Of a stretch of 64,000 nt of DNA, positions 10,751-23,577 are shown piece by piece; within the stretch, counting starts at the first letter, position 1, and each line of letters starts with the position of its first letter. Position numbers and translations under genes: made by a program. A model generated the notes under the pieces. The model searched no databases. It was not told the DNA's origin and was given only the letters and a program-made list of their open reading frames with translations. This DNA comes from Eledone cirrhosa (Eukaryota), in assembly GCA_964016885.1 (NCBI GenBank), contig OZ024741.1, forward strand, positions 165,788,001 through 165,852,000. The letters are read 5' to 3'.

Positions 10751-12882
10751 TTTCTCCAGGATGGCCCTCGGAAGTCTCCCCCACTATTGGGGAATTTTTC
10801 ATTGTTTCTTTTTTGTTACATCCTCTGTTTTTGTTTTTAATGATGATGGTGTACTTGCCATCACTGATGCTGATAAGAAGGTAGCTTGGAAGTGTCACTA
10901 CGAAAGGCTACTAAATGAGGAGAATAGAGGGACCAGCAGTGCTAGTTGAAGGTAGTATAATAAGTAAGGCAATCAAAGATATGAAGACGGGTAAGGCGGC
11001 TCGGCCTTCGGAAATAGTTGCTGAAATGCTGAAAGCATCTGGAACGGTGGGACACACTATGGTCACCCGGATAGTAAACCAAGTCATACAGAATGGGGTC
11101 ATACCAAAAAACTAGCGTAGCAGCATCATCATTAACTGCTACAAGGGTAAAAAAGATGCCCTAGATAGGAGTAACTATAGAGGCATTAAATTAATCGACC
11201 AGGTCATGAAGGTCACAGAAATAGTAATAGTGCAACTAATCAGAGAGCGAATTGATCTAGTGATCTAGATGAAATGCAGTTCGGGTTTGTGTCAGCTAAA
11301 AGTACCACAGACGCTCTTTTCATTGTAAGACAATGTTGATGAATGACTTGTGAGAGCTATACAAGCCATGTATAAAGAAACAGTCAGCAAGGTTAGAATT
11401 AACAACGAATATAGTGAAGAGTTTAGCGTAAAGGTTGGTGTTCATCGGGGCTCCGTCCTTAGTCCCCTCCTATTTATTATTGCCCTTCAGGCTATAACAG
11501 AGGTGTTCAAGACCGGCTGCCAATGGGAACTCCTATACGCAGATGATCTAACGCTTATAGCTGAATCAATGGCCGAACTAGAGAAGAAATTCCAAATATG
11601 GAAGTATGGCCTAGAATCAAAAGCCCTTAAAATTAACCTGTCTAAGACTAAAGTTCTAGTTTGTAGGAAGGAAAATAGGGCACCAGTCCCATCTGGGAAA
11701 TGGCCATGCTCAGTGTGTAGGAAAGGAGTAGGCAGAAACTCCATTTTATGTCCCAAATGCAAAGTATGGGTGCATAAAAGATGTAGTGGGATCACACGTA
11801 AGCTAACTAAGAACATAGATTTTATATGTGGCCGGTGCTCTGGTGCAATAAGTAGTATCAAGTGCCCACAAAATACTAGCTCATTCCATTGCACAGATGC
11901 TCCTATAGAAATAGTGGACACCTTCCGTTACCTGGGTGACAAAATCAGCAGTGGTGGAGGGTGCTCCGAAAGTACAGTAGCTAGAGTCAGAACGGGATGG
12001 AAAAAGTTCAGAGAGCTTATACCACTATTGGCCGCTAAAGGGTTCTCACTAAAAATGAAAGGCAGACTGTATGTTGCCTGCATACGAACAGCAATGTTGC
12101 ATGGCAGTGAGACCTGGGCATTGTGTGCAGAGGATATACGCAGACTGAAGTGGAACGAAGCTTGCATGCTCCGCTGGATGTGTAATAGTAATATACGTGA
12201 ACGGCAAAGCATAAACAAACTAAGGGAGAAATTAGGAATAAGAGGGATCAGATGCTGTTTACTCGAGAGAAGACTACGTTGGTATGGTCATGTGATGCGC
12301 ATGAAAGACGACAGCTGTATAGCAAAGTGCAGGGCGATAAAAATAGACGGTAGCCACGGAGTAGGCAGACCCAGAAAAACCTGGGACAACTTGCTAAACT
12401 CCGACCTCACACACTTACACCTCTCCAAGACAATGTCACTGGACCGAGATCTTTGGCGATACACAGTAATACTGAAGACCCGCTTTGCCTGAGTACAAAG
12501 CGAAACCTACAGTCAGTAGGCACCTCTAACAAAAATACACCCCGGCCCCACTACCCCCACCCCATCCACAACACCACTTCCAATGTAAAGTTATGTTGGT
12601 ACCACAACATCCAGCCCGAAACAAATGAGGTCGTGTAGGTGTCACGACAAAAAAAACACACAGTCCACGCTGTAATGTGGCCGTGTAGGTAACACGGTAA
12701 AAACCTCCCAGTCCACACTGTAAACGTGGTTGGTGTTAGGAAAGACGTCCAGCCGTAGAAAACTCACCAGACAGTCCTATACGGGCAAGACAACCAATCT
12801 TGCCTCAAGTGGGAAAATTCCCATCCAAACCTATGCTAGCATGGAAGATGGATGTTAAACGATGATGATGATGATGATGATG
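10751..12882 (+). mobile_element. 5'-truncated RTE-clade LINE with 3' UTR and (GAT)n tail
   Basis: RT motifs NYRGIKL, QFGF, GVHRGSVLSPLLF, LYADD, FRYLG, RRLRWYGHV and GRPRKTW; tail at 12861-12882. Confidence 0.93.
10838..12492 (+). pseudogene. RTE reverse transcriptase ORF, disrupted by stops and internal deletions; intact segment 11350-12492 contains a PHD-like finger
   Basis: Stop at 11113-11115; RT motif A (DLEKAFD-type) is missing near 11333; C4HC3-like CSVC..CPKC...H..C...CGRC lies between YADD and YLG. Confidence 0.9.
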
Positions 12883-12998
12883 CAGAAATGCCCATTTGCA
12901 CTGTCCTGTATTGTCCTGTACTGTCCTTAATGTCTTACTTTGTGTAAACCCTTGTGGTTAATAACGAAATCATTATTATTATTACTATATTACTAAAG

Positions 12999-13200
12999 GG
13001 CGGTGGATTGGCAGTATCGGTAGAGGGTCGGACGCCATGCTTTGACGCATAGAGTTACGGCCCTTGCCATTCTGAGTTCAAATCCCGCCGAGGTTAACTT
13101 TGCCTTTCATCCTTACGGGGTCGATAAAATAAAGTACCAGTAATACACTGGTTAATTTGCTGGCCTTGTGCCTAACGTAGAAACAATTATTATTATTATC
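12999..13200 (+). mobile_element. SINE family A
   Basis: Full copy. Confidence 0.85.
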
Positions 13201-13232
<32 letters not shown>

Positions 13233-13439
13233 GATGATGATTATTAATCAAAACATAGTTAGTGTTATTTCAACATGAACTTTATCAGCGTAACGGGAAC
13301 AGATGCCTGCCAATTCGCCATTTTGGTGTAACATCTGAGAGCTAAGTAGAATCTTATTATTTTAAAGATTATTATTATATATTTATATCTATTTATAAAT
13401 CTGAATTGCATATATGAATGTGTGTATGAATGTATGAAT

Positions 13440-13781
13440 GAGCCTGTGTGTGTGTGTGTGTGTGTATATTTATATATATACATACATATACATGCACATA
13501 CATACATATACATAAACATTTATGTATATATAAACACATACATATAAATATATACATAAACATATCTATGTATATATATATATACGCACATACATAAATA
13601 TACACATACATATATATACACATAGATATATACACATACATATATATAGACATAGATATATACATACATATATATACACATACATACATATATATACACA
13701 TACATACATATATATACACATACATATATATATACACATACATATATATACACATAGATATATACATACATACATATATAT

Positions 13782-13813
<32 letters not shown>

Positions 13814-13882
13814 ATACATACATATGTATATATATATGTATGTGTATATGCATGTATGTGCGTATATATACATAAACATGTT

Positions 13883-13913
<31 letters not shown>

Positions 13914-13915
13914 AT
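13440..13915. repeat. Compound TA/CA microsatellite
   Basis: Degenerate TATACA/TACA arrays. Confidence 0.9.
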
Positions 13916-14133
13916 ATACTTCCGTATGAGCGAGACACGGTCTCCCGACCATTCCTACATCAAATAGAACAAAACCGTCTAACCCATGCTAGCATGGCAG
14001 ATCCCTTCCATGTACCATACCGATTGTGTTGTTATTTCTGTTTACCTTTTACATACATATATATATATATATATCCAACCCTTGCAAGCAGGGAAAAGCA
14101 GACATAAAAGGATTATGATGATGATGATGATGA

Positions 14134-14185
<52 letters not shown>

Positions 14186-14330
14186 TAAAGAGTTAAACAA
14201 GATTCAATGAGTATATCAAAGAATGAGTTTTACAGTAGATTGGAAGCACTCTACAAGTAAAAATATTTTCCAGAGTTATTAATATTAAAATACAAATATT
14301 AATAAAATAGATGTTCCTGTGATCAATTAA

Positions 14331-14383
14331 ATTTTATTATACATATTTCAGAGGTACAACAGTACGTCCTCATCAGATAAAAT
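14331..14383 (-). ncRNA. Type I hammerhead ribozyme in a PLE-like 3' fragment (about 14185-14438, minus)
   Basis: Minus strand reads ATTTTAT-CTGATGA-GGACGTAC tgtt GTACCTCT-GAAA-TATGTA-TA-ATAAAAT. Confidence 0.85.
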
Positions 14384-14437
14384 AAAATGATACATGACAT
14401 ACCCTGAGATGTTAAATGATTAGGATTAATCAAGGTA

Positions 14438-14472
<35 letters not shown>

Positions 14473-14492
14473 CACACACACACACACACACA

Positions 14493-14674
14493 GGAAAAGA
14501 GACCCCGATGGCTGAGCTCCGGCCGTTTCAACAGCTACTCGGATCTAGCTGTCGAAACAGCTGGAGCTCAGCCGTTGGGGTCCTGACTCTTATAATATTA
14601 CCCACTCTACTACCCTAAGTATTGAGTACTCTGGTGGGTTATCGTCCACCTGGTATCTTACCACACTTTCTCTG

Positions 14675-14676
<2 letters not shown>
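14493..14676 (+). mobile_element. Fold-back mini PLE-like element (family 3)
   Basis: Arms about 14501-14537 and 14546-14582, then ACTC..GAGTAC hairpin and a 3' end in (TA)n. Confidence 0.6.
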
Positions 14677-14704
<28 letters not shown>

Positions 14705-14708
<4 letters not shown>

Positions 14709-14892
14709 TTAATATAGATGAGATTCTACAGGACTAGAACTGTTTCATTCATTAGAAATCATCAGGAGATGATTTCTAATGAATGAAACAGTTCTAGTCC
14801 TGTAGAATCTCATCTATATTAAAACTGTTATACTCTGCTATGTATTGAGTACCTTACTTACTGTGGTTACCTCCGATTCAACCCGGAATAAC

Positions 14893-14893
<1 letters not shown>
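14705..14893 (+). mobile_element. Fold-back mini PLE-like element (family 4) with truncated hammerhead
   Basis: Arms about 14706-14762 and 14769-14825; left arm on minus reads CTGATGA-tttctaatgaat-GAAA-cagttctag-TC; related copy at 51897-52026. Confidence 0.7.
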
Positions 14894-14938
<45 letters not shown>

Positions 14939-15403
14939 AAATGGGGAGAAGAATACTGCATGGTTGCACATGGATAACATGTTATAAAATGAGTCCCTCA
15001 TCAGTGATTTGCCAACGATCATAGATATTTCATTGCATTAAAAAATCATATACCTCACGTTGGTGCAATAATAACTAAAATAAGTTATTAGGACAATTAA
15101 AACGCGTAAAGCGAGTGAGACAAGTAAACAACAAAGAGGAAAGCTAACCGTAGATAGGAAGAGACACAAGCTACATAGTTATTCTATCAGTATAAGCTGG
15201 GTGAATATATGAGCGAGTAGAAAATAGACCTTTTGAGATGAATCCAATGTAAGAAAGAAGGAAATATATATATATATGTAGGAGGTGAGTTTTATTGTAG
15301 TACAATAAAGCAATGCAGATATCGGATAAGAAGCACTCTACAGTTTGTAGGACTGGAGTATACATAATATATAAGATCAAAAGATGGTTAAATGAGTTCC
15401 ATG

Positions 15404-15474
15404 TATTTTATTATGCGCATTTCAAAAACAAATATCATCAGGCAATAACATTTGTGTTTTCATCAGATAAAATA
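15404..15474 (-). ncRNA. Type I hammerhead ribozyme of the PLE 3' region
   Basis: TATTTTAT-CTGATGA-stem II of about 15 bp-GAAA-TGCGCA-TA-ATAAAATA. Confidence 0.87.
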
Positions 15475-16363
15475 GGAGGACATGATATGAAGGTTAAAAA
15501 CACTTGTGGATAGTGCAGTTTTAAATCAACATATGAAAAGTAGTTTTAGATTGATGTGTGATATTGGGGGAAACATTTTTTTTTTTAGGGGGGGGGGGTG
15601 GAAAGGATGAAAAAGAGGAGGAGATGAGGGTAAAAAGTGGAGGGGGAGGAGTATAATGAGGAAGGATGAGATAGGAGGAGAGATGGCTGATAGAGAGAGA
15701 GAGATAGCTTTTATAACTGAGAAAAATATATTGTTTTACATAGAGAGGTTGAAAAACCGTTGGAAGATAATGTATAAATTAAAAGAATTTGAAAATTAAC
15801 GAATAGAAAAATAATGTAAAGTTAAGGTTTGTATATTGAAGGGTTTAATAATATGTGCGATGAAAAGAAATTGTTAATATGTATTAAGAATAATATTTAA
15901 GGGTTTAATAATATGTGCGATGGAAAGAAAATGTTGATATGTATTATTAAAAAAAACACAGAAGTAATGTAAGTAAGGATATATTGTGAGATGAGCATGA
16001 ATAAGTTAGATGAAAGTGAGAAAAAAATAATGAATAGAGGATGAATAATCTAACGTCAAAAAAAATGTTTATGTTTACGAAGGATTTTTTCAAGGTGATA
16101 TAAAGTAAGAATATAGTGTATGTGTAATAATTGTTTCTATGTTAGGCACAGTGAGAAAAGGTACAGATTAGGGGTTAGAAATTAAAAGAAAAAGCAAAAG
16201 AAAAGAAAAGGAAAAGGAAGAAAGAGAAGTGATGAATAGGAATGATATAGAATATGATAAATAACTTTGAAATAAAGTAGAAAGATGGGTATATATTTAA
16301 AGAAGTATATATATATATATGTGCCTTTGAGAAAAGGATTCTGAATTGATAAAGTTTAGGATA

Positions 16364-17168
16364 TTAGCTGTATACTTTATGGAAAGTTCTGTGGAATTTA
16401 TGCAAGCAGATAGAAAACAAGTCAGTGCATCTATTTATTATAGAATCTAAATTAGATATAATGGTAAATTTTTCATTCAGACAGAGATTGCAAGTCTTGG
16501 ATAGAGAACTGTTCAAGTATAAAGAAGCAGAGGAAACCTTCTTCCAAGAGATGTTATATTTAATATTTTTGTCTTTCAAGGACCATATGAGTTCTGAGAG
16601 AGCCGTGTTGGTTCTTTTAAGTTTATATTTAAAAGACGAATGATGATTATAAAGACGAGCTTTAAAGGAGGTGGAAGTGGAGCCAAAATAGGTGAAGGAA
16701 TTGGTGTCAGTTATAACTTTACATTCGTAAATTAAGTTTTTATCAAGACAATGGTTGTTGAGAGGACATTTATTTTTAGCGGGGCAATTGCAATTGCAAT
16801 TAGAGAGATTATTAACGAGTCACCTAGTGTTATCTATAGAAGGAATTGGATTGGAGAAGTTATTTGCGATAGGAATAATAGTTTCTTGATTTAGAATGGG
16901 ATTAAGAACATTTAGCGAAGTTGTGTTTGACGTATTTGGGTTTGCAGAAATTAGCCTAGGGTTTACAATGACGTCGAGAGTGCTATTACTATTATTATGA
17001 TATTCAGTGTTGGAAGGAAGAGATTTAGTATTTAGTATTTTATTGTTGTGTTTAGAGATAATGTTGGAAATGTTGGAGGATGTCGAATAGGAAAATTTTA
17101 TAGTGTGTTTGTTAAATATTTTACTATAGAGGGAGGGAAGCATTTATTTAAGGCACTAAAGAATAATT
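16364..17168 (-). pseudogene. PLE linker plus GIY-YIG endonuclease C-terminus, with one in-frame TGA at 16820-16822
   Basis: KIFNKHTIKFSYS..NIISKHNNKIL..CNC..CPL..CLDKNLIY..YFGST..FKARLYNH..SF..LSELIWSLK..ISW..CNLCLNEKFTI. Confidence 0.9.
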
Positions 17169-17631
17169 TAGGTCACTCGTTAATAATCACTCTAATTGCA
17201 ATTGCAATTGCCCTGCTAAAAATAAATGTCCTCTCAACAACTATTGTCTTGATAAAAACTTAATTTACGAATGTAAAGTTATAACTGACACCAATTCCTT
17301 CACCTATTTTGGCTCCACTTCCACCTCCTTTAAAGCTCGTCTTTATAATCATCATTCGCCTTTTAAATATAAACTTAAAAGAACCAACACGCCTCTCTCA
17401 GAACTCATATGGTCCTTGAAAGACAAAAATATTAAATATAACATCTCTTGGAAGAAGGTTTCCTCTGCTTCTTTATACTTGAACAGTTCTCTATCCAAGA
17501 CTTGCAATCTCTGTCTGAATGAAAAATTTACCATTATATCTAATTTAGATTCTATAATAAATAGATGCACTGACTTGTTTTCTATCTGCTTGCATAAATT
17601 CCACAGAACTTTCCATAAAGTATACAGCTAA
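17169..17631 (+). pseudogene. Inverted copy of the GIY-YIG coding segment
   Basis: Same translation; has TCA where the main copy has TGA. Confidence 0.88.
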
Positions 17632-18571
17632 TATCCTAAACTTTATCAATTCAGAATCCTTTTCTCAAAGGCACATATATATATATATACTTCTTTAAAT
17701 ATATACCCATCTTTCTACCTTATTTCAAAGTTATTTATCATATTCTATATCATTCCTATTCATCACTTCTCTTTCTTCCTTTTCCTTTTCTTTTCTTTTG
17801 CTTTTAATTTCTAACCCCTAATCTGTACCTTTTCTCACTGTGCCTAACATAGAAACAATTATTACACATACACTATATTCTTACTTTATATCACCTTGAA
17901 AAAATCCTTCGTAAACATAAACATTTTTTTTGACGTTAGATTATTCATCCTCTATTCATTATTTTTTTCTCACTTTCATCTAACTTATTCATGCTCATCT
18001 CACAATATATCTTTACTTACATTACTTCTGTGTTTTTTTTAATAATACATAACATTTTCTTTCCATCGCACATATTATTAAACCCTTAAAATTATTCTTA
18101 ATACATATTAACATTTTCTTTCCATCGCACATATTATTAAACCCTTAAATATTATTCTTAATACATATTAACAATTTCTTTTCATCGCACATATTATTAA
18201 ACCCTTCAATATACAAACCTTAACTTTACATTATTTTTCTATTCGTTAATTTTCAAATTCTTTTAATTTATACATTATCTTCCAACGGTTTTTCAACCTC
18301 TCTATGTAAAACAATATATTTTTCTCAGTTATAAAAGCTATCTCTCTCTCTCTATCAGCCATCTCTCCTCCTATCTCATCCTTCCTCATTATACTCCTCC
18401 CCCTCCACTTTTTACTCTTATCTCCTCCTCTTTTTCATCCTTTCCAACCTCCCCCCCCTCAAAAAAAAAATGTTTCCCCCAATATCACACATCAATCTAA
18501 AACTACTTTTCATATGTTGATTTAAAACTGCACTATCCACAAGTGTTTTTAACCTTCATATCATGTCCTCC

Positions 18572-18641
18572 TATTTTATCTGATGAAAACACAAATGTTA
18601 TTGCATGATGATATTTATTTTGAAATGCGCATAATAAAATA
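18572..18641 (+). ncRNA. Type I hammerhead ribozyme (inverted arm)
   Basis: TATTTTAT-CTGATGA...GAAA-TGCGCA-TA-ATAAAATA. Confidence 0.82.
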
Positions 18642-18670
18642 CAATGGAACTCATTTAACCATCTTTTGAT

Positions 18671-18735
<65 letters not shown>

Positions 18736-18768
18736 AAGAAATTAAAAGATGGTTAAAAATGTTCCGTA

Positions 18769-18838
18769 TATTTTATTATGCGCATTTCAAAAACAAAATC
18801 ATCCTGGGACAAAAATTGTGTTCTCATCAGATAAAATA
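18769..18838 (-). ncRNA. Hammerhead ribozyme in a diverged family-1 mini insertion (18732-18892)
   Basis: Core and stems I and III identical to family 1, stem II diverged; followed by the plus-strand 3' end ACTCACCTCCTAC. Confidence 0.8.
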
Positions 18839-19424
18839 AGGTAACATATATGCATAGTTTTAGTGTTCTACAATATTACTCACCTCCTACATTATATATA
18901 TATATATATAAACACATATACATATATTTACATATATACCCCTTAAAGAATCCTGTACATTGCACTCTACATTTGAACGAAGTTCCACTGAAGCAGTTAG
19001 AGAATTCAAGTATCTCGAGGCTGGGTTCATGAGTGATGGTCGGCATGAGGCTGAATTAAGTGCAAGTATTGTAGGAGCTGGTGCAGTAATATGCACTTAG
19101 GTGGCATTACTGGTACCATAATGAAAAAGCACCCACTACACCCTGTTAGCTGATCATTCTGGTGATACAATGAAAAACACTCAGTTCATATTGTAATGTG
19201 GTTGGCATTAAGAAGGGCATCCAGCCATAGAAACCAAACCAAAAATAAATCCATATGATTAAGACATGGTCACATGCCCTCACTTGGCTAGTCTCATAAT
19301 ATGACAACCATTGTAACCCATGCAAGCATTGCACTGAAAATAGACATTAAACAGTGATGAAGATGATGAGACTCATGTATGTTTAGATATACAGACATAT
19401 ATCTCACCCTCCCTTTCCTGTTCC

Positions 19425-19672
19425 GTCCACTGTGTCGATGACAAAACAGTCCACACTGTAAGGTGGTCATGTAGGAGACACGGTTAAAAGGCTCCCAGTC
19501 CACACTGTAAATGTGGTTGGTGTTAGGAAGGGCATCCAGCTGTAAAAAACCTGCCAGAGACACTTCCGTACGAGCGAGACACAGTCTTCCGACCATTCCC
19601 ACATCAGATGGAACAAAACCGTCTAACCCATGCTAGCGTGGAAGATGGTCGTTAAACGATGATGATGATGAT
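19425..19672 (+). mobile_element. RTE-type 3' tail fragment
   Basis: TTAGGAAGGGCATCCAGC..AACCCATGCTAGC..GTTAAAC(GAT)n. Confidence 0.75.
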
Positions 19673-19733
19673 TTACATACACACAAATATATATTTTTAC
19701 AGACAAATGTACACACATTTATACAAACACACT

Positions 19734-19770
<37 letters not shown>

Positions 19771-21195
19771 TCATCATCATCATCATCATCATCGTTTAAC
19801 ATCCATTTTTCTCCGCAAGCATGAGTTAGATGGGTTGTCCCATTTATATACATATTAGTGTACTTGTAGAAATGCTGAGAAGTTAATAAAGAGTATAAAA
19901 GAAAAGAGTTATATTTCTGCCTGTCTATCTTTCTCTCCCTTTCAAGGTTATGGTACATTCCCTAAAATTATACTTCATATAACAAATGTTAACTTATTAT
20001 ATAAAATAAAATAAAAGAAACAGGAATGTAAACTATGTAAGTGAAAAAATGGATATTTTTAATGTGCCATTAACTTGCAATATGGTGAAGGTGGATGGCC
20101 TAATGGTTTGGGAAATCAGGTTATGATCATAAGATTGTGAGTTCAATTCCATGCTGTTCGAGTCCACACTGTAGGTAAAAATGATATGTACCTATAACTG
20201 GAAAAACCAACCTTACCATACACAATGTTTCAGTGGTTCACGTATCTGTGGAATGCTCAGCCACTTGCACATTGATTTCATGAGCAGGCTTTGACACTGT
20301 TTGAACCACTTGAAAAACTAGTTGTTGGTAACATCAGAGGGTCGACATCAACAATGTGAAATATTTATGAAGGAATATGGCCTAATAGTTTTATGGTGAA
20401 AGATTCATGATCATAAGGCTATGGGTTAAATTCCTGAACTAGGTGGTGTGTTATGTTCTTGGGAAAGACCCTTTATTTCACATTGCTTTTCAGGACATGA
20501 CTGGAGCCCCTATCATTAAAACACCCAAGACACTTTCTATGCAATGCAACCTCATAAGAGGCCAGCTAAACATACATGTGAGAGGTGTAACATGTGTGTA
20601 TGTGTGATAGGATAAGAACCCCAACCAATAAAATTCTCAAGAAACCTCCTAAAAGAGAAAACCTCATAGGAAGTCAGTTAAACTTGTTTATGCGAGAATT
20701 GTAGATTAGATATTCATTTTTTTCTCATTTCAATATCTACGTAGCTTTCTTTCTCAGCAATCACACCATCAATCTAACTAACTTCAATATATTTTGAAAC
20801 TAGTACATTTAGGTTTTTTTTTTGGGTTTTTTTTTTGTGTTTTTTTGTTGTCCGAATCCAAGTCTTTCTGATTAACAATAGTAGTAATAGTAGTAGCTAT
20901 TAAATTGAAAAGCTTCTCTAAAGAGTCATTCTAAAAATACTAACTTAACGACGACATGATGACAGAGCAAATGATGAGTGGATTAGTAATTACAACTCTC
21001 TGGTCTTTAAACTGAAACAGTCCAGTTACTAAATCTGAACTGTGAATAGAATAAACTATATAAATAAAAGGCAAAAAAGAATAGAAAACAAATAAAATAG
21101 AACAAAAACAAACATAAAAAAGTACGACACATAAAATCTCTAAGTAGATTTATAGAGACAGATATGTGTGTGTGTGTGTGTGTGTTGATATATAG

Positions 21196-21385
21196 ATATT
21201 GTTTCTACTTTAGGCACAAGGCCAGCAATTACCCAGTGCATTACTGGTACTTTATTTTATCGACCCCGTAAGGATGAAAGGCAAAGTCAACCTCAGCGGG
21301 ATTTGAACTCAGATCGTAAAGGGACGTAACTATGCTGGAAAGCATGGCGTCCAACCCTCTACCGATACTGCCAATCCACCGCCCT
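21196..21385 (-). mobile_element. SINE family A
   Basis: Reverse-complement full copy. Confidence 0.85.
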
Positions 21386-22001
21386 TGTTGATATATAGAT
21401 ATTGTAGGTGGGTATGTAGATAAACACATGTATGGGGGGGGGGGCTGTATTTATTTTTATATACACATATATATATATATGATGGCTACAACTTGATTTC
21501 AAATAATGACATTGCTTGATACTTAAGCATGAGCATCATGGACGTGGCCTTTTACTCCTGCTAGGGACTTGCCTATGGCCAGCAATACCATGCATTGCAA
21601 ATAATGTCAGATATATCAAGCAATGCCTGTGCTTGAAGCTTTTTTAAGTGAGGAAAGACTTTGCATGGGGCCAATCTCAGTCTCTGAATATCGAATGCAT
21701 TTGCCCAAAAAGAAGAACCAGTCTATAGCATTGGATGCAAACGAAGTTGCAGGTTTTATATCAGAGTGACCTTCTCCTAGAGAGATGTCTTAATAAAGAC
21801 TAGCAGTCTCTCGCTCCACCAAAAAAAAAAACTTTATTGAATGGTTCCTGAGTTCCTCCACCCTTTGACAAGTTTTGTTTTTCATCCTGCAGGGTGACCA
21901 AATTCACCCTCCTCACCAAGGTGGAGTTGTCAATTTAGTCGCCAACGACATGACTATGCACAAGTTGTACTTGGTTACATGCTACCAGTAGCACTGGTCT
22001 A

Positions 22002-22051
<50 letters not shown>

Positions 22052-22351
22052 GTACATACATATATAATCAAAATTGGCAACAGCTACAAGAACTCCATGG
22101 TCATCAGCTGTTGAAATGGATTTATATAGTTTTGACACCTACCAACAATACTGTTGGTCTATTCAGGGTCACAGTATCAAACAAGATAGTTAAATGTTGG
22201 CCTGGGGTATTTTACAAGATGAAAACAAAGCAGAACTTACATGAAATTGTATATCAAGGACAAAATATGTATATAATTAAATATTCAACATTTAAGTCGA
22301 ACAATGTGTAACGAAAATGGTTAGTTAGACCCATGAATATATATATATATC

Positions 22352-22667
22352 ATATATTGAGTTAGAAACTCAAAATAGAAACTCAAAATAGTCTTTTACA
22401 ATAAAATAGCTCAAAGAAGGGAATCTTTCCGAGCCATGTAATACAAATGAATATACGAGAGGGATGAACACAGATATAAGAATACATATGTTCCAATTGC
22501 AAATGACCAAGTTAGCTAGGTTGAAAAAATACTAATTTAAAACAATATGGTTTACCTGACTCGATTTAAAGTAATAAATCAATAAAAATAACAAACCTAT
22601 ATCGAGCAACTGACCTAGCTAACTTGGTCATTTGCAATTGGAACACATGTTCATCCCTCTCATATAT

Positions 22668-22670
<3 letters not shown>
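22352..22670 (-). mobile_element. Fold-back PLE-like remnant (family 5) with decayed hammerhead
   Basis: Arms about 22458-22522 and 22614-22662; GCTC..GAGC hairpin on minus; its 3' end recurs at 24422-24484. Confidence 0.5.
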
Positions 22671-22714
<44 letters not shown>

Positions 22715-23577
22715 TTGGACAACTCACGCTGTCTTTTCATGGGGGTAAGTTTTGATTAAATGTTGTATTCTGAAACATCAAAATAAAAAATTTTTGAGCA
22801 CTAGACTCAGGAAATATCGTGACAGAAGTTGTGGAAGTTACACAAATATTTTCATATATTTTCCCAGAGCAATCTTTATTTACATTTTATATTTACTTGC
22901 ACCCCAATGCAACATGGCTAAAATGATGATGATTATATATATATATATACTGCACCAGTGCCATCAATAATGAAAACAATACCATTGAACATATTTAAGT
23001 TTTCAGTCCAGGTTTGATGTGCTATATATACCAGGATTACTGGATATGTGGACAATCATACAAGCTGGGAAATTTTAGTTTTGACAAATTTATGGTTTGC
23101 ATAAGAGAAACTGTTGATTACTGACAAGTGGAAATAATTAAAGATAAAAATTATATTATGATAATTTATTTCTAGGATATAATTACATAAATGTTAGTCT
23201 TGTATGTACAAATGACATACAGGATTAAATATAAGAATATCTTTGGAGAAATAACTATTTACAGGGACACATGTAGTGTTAGTACCCAGGAACATGTTTG
23301 AAAAGCAAACATTGTAACAACATGACTGATACAAGAAGTGTGTTGTGTGTTATGTGTCTAATTTTTAAGAGTTACATATATATGTATGTACACATATGGT
23401 TGCTATACATTATCTTCGTGACTTTTACATTCACTTTTTCCATGCTGGCATGGGTTAGATGGAACATTTTGAGGCATTTTTATAATCAGAAGCACTTTCT
23501 GACACTTTTTAGTTGCTTCTTACAACTAGATACACATAGTTATGTTATATTATCTTTGGCGCTACACAGTTATACAG

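Larger units (their letters stand above)
15278..18676 (-). mobile_element. Penelope-like element (Neptune-like, family 1): 5'-truncated main copy on minus (15278-17168) plus inverted copy on plus (17169-18676)
   Basis: GIY-YIG coding region, hammerheads in both arms, arms of about 1.5 kb, (TA)n on both flanks. Confidence 0.92.

Noticed and set aside
14990-15068. Hammerhead on the minus strand (CCAAC..GAAA..TC-GTTGG, plus a separate CTGATGA)
   Set aside because: Core reads GTGAGGT and the CTGATGA lacks matching stems; at best a decayed remnant
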